64,000 bases of DNA from a virus. This document shows, piece after piece, positions 58,048 to 64,000 of this stretch. A model generated the notes under the pieces. It had not been told where the DNA came from, ran no database searches, and was given only the letters and a program-made list of their open reading frames with translations. The stretch lies in the IMG/VR virus record IMGVR_UViG_3300035698_031678, positions 32,001 to 96,000 of that record. One strand, written 5' to 3'. The position numbers and the translations under genes are program-made. Position 1 is the first letter of the stretch. Each line of letters begins with the position of its first letter.

Positions 58048-58392
58048 ATGAGCAACTTTCCAGAAAACCATAAAGAAACAATACTTTGTGCTGCAATATG
58101 GTATAAAGATTTAGTATTAGAAAGACCAGAAGTATTAGAACCCAAAAATTATAGACCAAACAATTGTGATAGAGGCATAGTTTTTTCTGGATGGAGACAT
58201 GCAAATTGTTTATACCAAATGGTAGCAATTAAAGGAATTAAGGACTTTGAAGCTGGGGAAAGTGTTCAAGGATTTTTGACCAATAAAAATAGATTTGTTG
58301 ATCGTAAAGAAGCTGCTAAAATAGCTATGGAACATGGGCAAATAACAAAACTTCACTATGGTAATAAGCTTTATAGCGAAGACCTTTACTAA
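58048..58392 (+). CDS. conserved phage hypothetical protein
   Basis: ILCAAI...GWRH..C...QGFLTNKNRFVDRKEA...LYSEDLY. Confidence 0.7.
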   Translation: MSNFPENHKETILCAAIWYKDLVLERPEVLEPKNYRPNNCDRGIVFSGWRHANCLYQMVAIKGIKDFEAGESVQGFLTNKNRFVDRKEAAKIAMEHGQITKLHYGNKLYSEDLY

Positions 58393-58403
58393 TAATTAAA
58401 ATT

Positions 58404-58682
58404 ATGGAAATTTTACAAGTAGCATTAGAAATACTAATAGAACTATTGTTAGTCTTAGTAATTCTAAGTTGTTTTTACGCTGTCATTATAGTAAGATTCA
58501 AAAAGAATGAATTAGATAAAGACATGTGGGATAGCAAAAGGGAAAAATTTTGTAGTATGAATCGACTTGAGTACGTAGAAGAAATAAACAAAATTGAAAA
58601 AAAGAAAAAGTTGGCTTTCAAAATAATAGATGCAACATTTTTTACTATAACAATATTAGCAATAATAAGATTATCCATATAA
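58404..58682 (+). CDS. two-TM membrane protein
   Basis: Hydrophobic N- and C-terminal helices. Confidence 0.55.
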   Translation: MEILQVALEILIELLLVLVILSCFYAVIIVRFKKNELDKDMWDSKREKFCSMNRLEYVEEINKIEKKKKLAFKIIDATFFTITILAIIRLSI

Positions 58683-58691
58683 CAGAAAGAA

Positions 58692-58982
58692 ATGGCAAGA
58701 CCAGTAGGTTACAAAGAAATGAAAAATTATGGTGGAATGCTCGACAAAGATAGCAACGTAGAACTTATCGTTAGGAACTTACCTTTAAGGTTGTTTTACT
58801 ACAACAATTACCTAAGAGAAACGTTAGAAATAGCATGTTCTTCGTACTTTACAACAATAGAAGGAACAGAACTCTACATTTACAGTGTTAACGAAAACGT
58901 TTACGGAACAAGTAATACTTTTTTGGATAAAAAAAGGTTAAAGCCCTTTGACCAGACTAAGTATGTTAGGATTAAGGATTAG
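58692..58982 (+). CDS. hypothetical protein
   Basis: 96-aa ORF. Confidence 0.55.
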   Translation: MARPVGYKEMKNYGGMLDKDSNVELIVRNLPLRLFYYNNYLRETLEIACSSYFTTIEGTELYIYSVNENVYGTSNTFLDKKRLKPFDQTKYVRIKD

Positions 58983-59658
58983 TCTTTACAAATTCGATCA
59001 AGGTTTTTAGTCCAAAATAAGAATCAACTATGTCTTCTACAGGATGATTTACATTTTTAGTACCACTCTTGTAGAATTCAGCGTTTTTCCCTATAACTTG
59101 AGCTAGTGGATATTTAGCATCTTTAATGTAAGCCTCTAACATTTGTTGTTTGTTCCAATTGCCGTTACCAGCCATTTTTTTGAGGTCTTGGGGTTGAAAC
59201 CAGTACATGTGTTCTAAAGGAAATTCTTGAACTAGTAAATTTTTTAAACTAGTAGCTGAAGAAACTAACTTTATAGTACTGTTACTTTTGACACTTACAG
59301 GAAAATCTTCCCAACCTAATAAGGTAGTGCTAAAGTCTAAGTCATCTAAAAAAGTAGTAATTGCTTGTATAAACACATCAGCTATTCTCAAATCAGAATC
59401 GGTTTCTATCCTATTGTATTCGCTAGGATTACCCTTTGGTCTAGAAATTGGGCTTCTTCTGAAAATGTTAACATCTATTAAGTCATATATGCCTTTGAAA
59501 CAATTGTGTTTAGAGACATCAAATTCTTCTAATTTAGAAATAGAGTAATGGTTAAGCAAAACCATGTGTTCTGTGCGCTTAGTGAGCACGTTGTATTTTG
59601 CTACTGAAATGCAAGTAGTGCTTGAATCTATAAATACGTAATCTTCTATACCTTTCAT
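58972..59658 (-). CDS. RuvC-like Holliday junction resolvase
   Basis: FIDSSTT, WED, PQDLKKMAGNGNWNKQQM, DIVDSY RNase H-fold motifs. Confidence 0.75.
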   Translation of the reverse strand: MKGIEDYVFIDSSTTCISVAKYNVLTKRTEHMVLLNHYSISKLEEFDVSKHNCFKGIYDLIDVNIFRRSPISRPKGNPSEYNRIETDSDLRIADVFIQAITTFLDDLDFSTTLLGWEDFPVSVKSNSTIKLVSSATSLKNLLVQEFPLEHMYWFQPQDLKKMAGNGNWNKQQMLEAYIKDAKYPLAQVIGKNAEFYKSGTKNVNHPVEDIVDSYFGLKTLIEFVKTNP

Positions 59659-59852
59659 TACCTTGATTTTGCCCTGTTTGATTCCATTTTACTTCTCATT
59701 CTATCATTTTCTTGCTTCTGTTCATCAGCATTCTTTTTCCTTTGCTTAAGTTCTTCAATATAGTCATTTAAATAAATGCAAAATTCATTGAAGGGTAAGG
59801 ACTCTATTACGGAAGGTGGAATGCTTTTGTCTAGTAAGAAGTTACTAGTCAT
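59658..59852 (-). CDS. small tail/hub chaperone-like ORF, probably a frameshift extension of 59845-60798
   Basis: IPPSVIESLPFNEFCIYL motif (gp51/gpT-like) followed by a charged helix. Confidence 0.6.
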   Translation of the reverse strand: MTSNFLLDKSIPPSVIESLPFNEFCIYLNDYIEELKQRKKNADEQKQENDRMRSKMESNRAKSR

Positions 59853-60798
59853 CTGAAAGTAACTCGACAGCTCTATTTGAAAAAGAGAAAATAGATTTGT
59901 AGTCTCGAAACCGAATAGGTACGGAAACCTCCTCGATTCCGAACTTTACCTTAATATTCGTTTTTATTCCTAAAGAGATACCATCTATAACTGCCACTAA
60001 TACTTCATGAGATTCTTGACCAAGGTTTCTATACCAGTCTAATTTCTCATCATAGTAATTTTCTGATTCTAACATTCTATAATCAGAAACAACGTATTGA
60101 AGTACTTTTAAAAAGTACTCATCATAAGTTCCATCTTCTCCTTGCTGAGATTGTACTGTTTTAGCGGATATAAAATCTTTTATCCATCTTATAGTACCAA
60201 CAGTAGGTATGTAGAACTTTAGATCTATTATTTCATCACTAGAATCGCTTTGGACATGGTAGCAAAGACCATCCTCTGAATAGTGCTTAGCTATACCTTT
60301 TCTGATTCTGTAGTAATCAAATATGGTGTGATTTATTTCAATTTCAACTTCTTTAGATGGGTCTTTAGGATTCTTTATTCTTTGAGTTAGTTTCCTTTTG
60401 GCATCATAATTAAGCATTGTTTTTTCTCTAAGTAAGAAAAGAAAGTGTAACTTATCGAAATTAGTAAGATGTTTACTATCTCTTTCTTCTTTACCAGCCC
60501 AGACTATTCTAATGTTTCTATACATTATTTCATCTATGTGTCTTTCTATACTTACATAAGATTTAACGTCCATAGTAGAATAGTGCTTTATTTCACTAGC
60601 CTTAGGAGATTTTATTTTTACGTAAGTATTTTTGGGGTAATATTTCCCTTCACTAGGGGCTTCAGAAACAGATAATTCAGTCCAACCTTCAGAAGATGCT
60701 GAATCTGGCAAGTGTGGTCTTTCTTGCTTTGGTTCTACAGTGGAAGCAACTTCTTGCTTGCTGAAGTTGTCTTTTAATTTGTCTTCGATATCACTCAT
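59845..60798 (-). CDS. baseplate hub/tail assembly chaperone (T4 gp26-like)
   Basis: PSEGKYYP...IK....EIK...L..FDK..FLFLLRE.T pattern. Confidence 0.65.
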   Translation of the reverse strand: MSDIEDKLKDNFSKQEVASTVEPKQERPHLPDSASSEGWTELSVSEAPSEGKYYPKNTYVKIKSPKASEIKHYSTMDVKSYVSIERHIDEIMYRNIRIVWAGKEERDSKHLTNFDKLHFLFLLREKTMLNYDAKRKLTQRIKNPKDPSKEVEIEINHTIFDYYRIRKGIAKHYSEDGLCYHVQSDSSDEIIDLKFYIPTVGTIRWIKDFISAKTVQSQQGEDGTYDEYFLKVLQYVVSDYRMLESENYYDEKLDWYRNLGQESHEVLVAVIDGISLGIKTNIKVKFGIEEVSVPIRFRDYKSIFSFSNRAVELLSDD

Positions 60799-60800
60799 AT

Positions 60801-61628
60801 TTAAAATCCTTTCTTATCTAAAATAAGTAATTTGAAATTGTTAGGTTCTATAGCCATGTACAATAGTTTCAAATATGCTCCAGCCGAATTATCATGGGTA
60901 GGTTCATCGTCATGTGGCACTACGGCAAATCCTTCGGTAGTCATTTTGGCAAAGTATTCGGCAGTATCCGTACCGTTATACATTTTCAATGTGTCTCCAG
61001 AATTCTTTTTAGCTATGTATATCTCTATTTCTTGACCTTCTATGAGGTTAGTATTGTTTATTTTCAGCAAGGCTTCACCACTTCCAGTCAAAGTTTGACC
61101 ATTGTTTGAAAGATCTAAAAATATTTTAGTACCAAGCAATTTTACGTTTAGTGGCGTAGATGCTGTAGCGCCAATATTGGTTTGGCTAATCGCTACGTTA
61201 CTGTGCTTATTGACAAGAACGTTATTGGCATGGTTGAGATTTATTACACCTTTAAAAGAAGCAAGTCCTGTAAAATCTGCTACTTCACTAATAGTCATTT
61301 TCTTGTAAGTAGAGGCATCATCACCGTTAACTATTATTTTGTTTGATATAATGTTACCAGCAGCATCAATAGACAATTTAGAAGATCCACCAGCTGGTCT
61401 AACGTCTAATATTTTCCCAGATGAAGCAACAGCTATAATAGCAGAACAAGCAATTTCACCATTACCTGGATCTATTACATCTACCAACTTTAACTTTCTG
61501 GTATCAGGATTCAAATTCTTCAATAAAGAATTAATAGCTTCCTGTATTATACCATAGTTTTCATTGAAAATTTCTGGGGCGTTTTGTATTGCATTGCTAG
61601 AGTCAATGCTTGTTAATGAAATTGCCAT
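60801..61628 (-). CDS. structural protein with fibre-attachment-like N-terminus
   Basis: PEIFNENYGII motif; GATAAATA at 61655-61662. Confidence 0.55.
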   Translation of the reverse strand: MAISLTSIDSSNAIQNAPEIFNENYGIIQEAINSLLKNLNPDTRKLKLVDVIDPGNGEIACSAIIAVASSGKILDVRPAGGSSKLSIDAAGNIISNKIIVNGDDASTYKKMTISEVADFTGLASFKGVINLNHANNVLVNKHSNVAISQTNIGATASTPLNVKLLGTKIFLDLSNNGQTLTGSGEALLKINNTNLIEGQEIEIYIAKKNSGDTLKMYNGTDTAEYFAKMTTEGFAVVPHDDEPTHDNSAGAYLKLLYMAIEPNNFKLLILDKKGF

Positions 61629-61654
61629 TTTACGATTTTTAAATGTGTTCTATA

Positions 61655-61674
61655 TATTTATCTGATAATAAATA
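61655..61674. promoter_or_regulatory. back-to-back late-type promoters
   Basis: TATTTATC (minus) at 61655-61662 and ATAAATA (+) at 61668-61674. Confidence 0.55.
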
Positions 61675-61700
61675 ACTAACAAACAAGAAATTTTTTTAAA

Positions 61701-64000
61701 TTGGATATCAAGAAAATACTTAAGGAGATAGGGAGAACAGACAGCAATGCTGTTTCACTAATTAACGCATTATTACAAATGCAAAGTACTAGTTCTAAAA
61801 GCGTTAGTATAAATTGGGAGTCTGTAGATGGTTCTTTAAGCACGATACAAATTCCTAGTATTACAAAATTATTAGGAGAAATATCCTTGTTGAAAGACAC
61901 CCTAAAAGAAATAACCAAGCCGAATCTTAAAAAGATAACCTTGGTAGGTAATGGTAACAATGTATCCACACTGATATTGCAAGAACCAATGCAAGAACCA
62001 GAATCATTTAGCTTTCCTAAAATCATAACAAAACATTCTTTAGAGCTTAACCTTGACAGTCAATTAAAGAATGAAGAACACTACGCTTTAGTAGAAAACG
62101 CTACTTTGTACAAAGGCTTTGAATTTAAGAAGTACATCATATCCAATTCAGACTACTTCAGAGAGAATTTATTACAAAAGAATTTTAGCGAATTAGAACT
62201 TTTAAGTCTGATACAGGATTCCAATTCTCCTTACACTGTAGAAAAAGGTAGAGTATTAACTGGTATTAGCGAATTTAAAGATAGTGGTAGTTTTATAGTT
62301 ACCTCAATTAGCGGTAGTAAAGTAAAACTAAGTACCACTTCTTACAGAAATTATGAAAATAGAGAACTGAACCTTCAAGAAGGTCAAAACCTAATTCTTA
62401 ATAGAGACACCTTATTCAAAATAGAAACTATAAACACCTTGGAAAATCAGGTGGTGTTGTCTAAAACTAGCGGTAATAGTATATTGACATCATCTTCTAA
62501 CCTTAAGTTGCAAGGAGAAGTTACTACACCAAACATAAAGATTCCAATTGGCAAAGAAAGTAATTTTTTTGTATTCCTTAGAGCTATAGACTTAGAAAAA
62601 AACGTTGTTAGCATAGATTGGGGTAAAGGTCAGGGTGTTATTCCATCTTTACTATTAGATAGTGCTAACGTTCCTTTAGACCAAACTACTATTGTAGATT
62701 ACATAAGCTCTATAAAAGCCATATCTGAAGACAGTATCTTGTCTAATGTAAACATAGAGATTCCTAACATACCAGTTATTTCTTTAGATAATTTTACTGT
62801 TTCTACATTAAATCTGCACAAGAAACAAGACTCTAGGATAGTAGAATTACAAAATCTAAAGAGTAAAAGAATAGAAATAACAGAGAAGGTAAACGCTAAT
62901 AACGAAAGTTTAGGTGAAATACAGTCTGAATTGTCTTTGTTAGATAGTTCCAAAGTAGAAGATCAAAAAGGTATAAACATACTAAAAGAAGAAGAACTTA
63001 AGTATGTAAGAGAAAATGAAAAACTAAATTCCCAAGTAACTAGCATAAGTAACCAATTGTTACAAAACTTCGAAGGTACGGAAGAATTTAAAGCTAAGTT
63101 TGGTATAGTAGGTGTTGTAGAATATCCGCAATCAAAAAATGGTCAGCTAATAAGAGGACTAGAATTAGAATACAGGTATTTAACGGTAGAAGGCTTAGCG
63201 GTAGAGCTTAACAGTAAAGAGGTTATAAAGTCAGGTAAGAAAGCAAGATTAGCCCCAAGTAAGTGGATAAAATATCCTAAGACTTTCAGAAAAAAGAACT
63301 TGTTAGGAAATTTTGATGAAGAAGATTTAGAAAACATTGACGTAAACACACCTAACCAATTTATAGTTCCAATAACAAGAAACGAAATTGTAGAAGTTAG
63401 AGTTAGAAGTATTAGTGATGCTGGTTATCCTTTAAAAGAAATATCTAGCGACTGGTCAGAAAGCGTTAAGTTTAATTTCCCAGAAAGCCTTATAGAAAAC
63501 AGTAATTCTATAGTTAAAGAGATAGAAAAAGAGAAAAACAATAAGGAATTTCAAGAAGAATTTGGTAGAAGGAAATTAAACGGTCACACTAATGACACAT
63601 TTAATGAGAAAGATAAAACCTTTGCACATAAACTTGAAAATTTAGCTACCACCTATAAAACGCCTGAAGAAGCCACACAAGATGCCCAAAGTGCTATGGA
63701 CGAGTTAAAACTCAGAATAAACACTTTAGAAAAAATGTTGAATTCTACTAAGGGTAAGATCTCAATGAGGATATTAGATTCTAACGATAGAGAAGTAGCC
63801 ATAGTTAAGAACAATGAAGTAGTTAAAATAGATGGTGGTCTTTATTCAGAACTTGTAAAGGATTTGGAAACGAAGAAAGGTGGTCTAATTAACCAAGATT
63901 ACAAGATAGAAATAACGAATACAGCTGATGGAGACATTGAAATACTAAGTTACGTACCTGGTAATAAGGAAAGTGGTCTTAGTGAGAATTACGATGGCTA
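61701..64000 (+). CDS. large structural (baseplate-like) protein, TTG start, truncated by window end; missing from ORF track
   Basis: Same frame reads open at the start, middle and end where translated: MDIKKILKEI..., coiled coil, Fn3-like VEVRVRSISDAGYP...SDWS. Confidence 0.7.
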   Translation, partial: MDIKKILKEIGRTDSNAVSLINALLQMQSTSSKSVSINWESVDGSLSTIQIPSITKLLGEISLLKDTLKEITKPNLKKITLVGNGNNVSTLILQEPMQEPESFSFPKIITKHSLELNLDSQLKNEEHYALVENATLYKGFEFKKYIISNSDYFRENLLQKNFSELELLSLIQDSNSPYTVEKGRVLTGISEFKDSGSFIVTSISGSKVKLSTTSYRNYENRELNLQEGQNLILNRDTLFKIETINTLENQVVLSKTSGNSILTSSSNLKLQGEVTTPNIKIPIGKESNFFVFLRAIDLEKNVVSIDWGKGQGVIPSLLLDSANVPLDQTTIVDYISSIKAISEDSILSNVNIEIPNIPVISLDNFTVSTLNLHKKQDSRIVELQNLKSKRIEITEKVNANNESLGEIQSELSLLDSSKVEDQKGINILKEEELKYVRENEKLNSQVTSISNQLLQNFEGTEEFKAKFGIVGVVEYPQSKNGQLIRGLELEYRYLTVEGLAVELNSKEVIKSGKKARLAPSKWIKYPKTFRKKNLLGNFDEEDLENIDVNTPNQFIVPITRNEIVEVRVRSISDAGYPLKEISSDWSESVKFNFPESLIENSNSIVKEIEKEKNNKEFQEEFGRRKLNGHTNDTFNEKDKTFAHKLENLATTYKTPEEATQDAQSAMDELKLRINTLEKMLNSTKGKISMRILDSNDREVAIVKNNEVVKIDGGLYSELVKDLETKKGGLINQDYKIEITNTADGDIEILSYVPGNKESGLSENYDG

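Noticed and set aside
1-64000. Genome-wide stop codon reassignment (TAG or TGA), as in Lak and some crAss-like phages
   Set aside because: Long genes are intact in code 11; TAG and TGA end genes at sensible positions (ATGA overlaps); only ligA has an internal TGA

Overview
AT-rich, gene-dense 64 kb segment of a large (jumbo-type) T4-like myovirus genome in the standard genetic code. A Bacteroidota/Flavobacteriaceae host is inferred from A-rich leaders that lack Shine-Dalgarno motifs; this is not proven. It carries baseplate, neck, tape-measure and fibre genes, replication and repair genes (primase, gp32-like SSB, clamp loader, SF2 helicase, NAD-dependent ligase, RuvC-like resolvase, HU), nucleotide and auxiliary genes (adenosine deaminase family, guanylate kinase, HD alarmone hydrolase, acyl carrier protein, GroES), a fibre-lysis cassette and many small hypothetical genes. 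I saw no tRNA, rRNA, CRISPR array or integrase. Most notable: (1) a 1357-aa protein built from small DNA-binding and Nudix modules separated by ~18 [LIM]-x-E|[SAT] motifs, suggesting a prohead-protease-processed polyprotein; (2) a probable +1 programmed frameshift (TTT CGA) fusing a hub/tail chaperone to the next ORF; (3) an in-frame TGA separating an intact BRCT domain from the ligase; (4) long tail-less hairpins over translation starts; (5) two phage promoter classes and a helically phased GTCATA array. All family calls are motif recognition by eye, not database searches.
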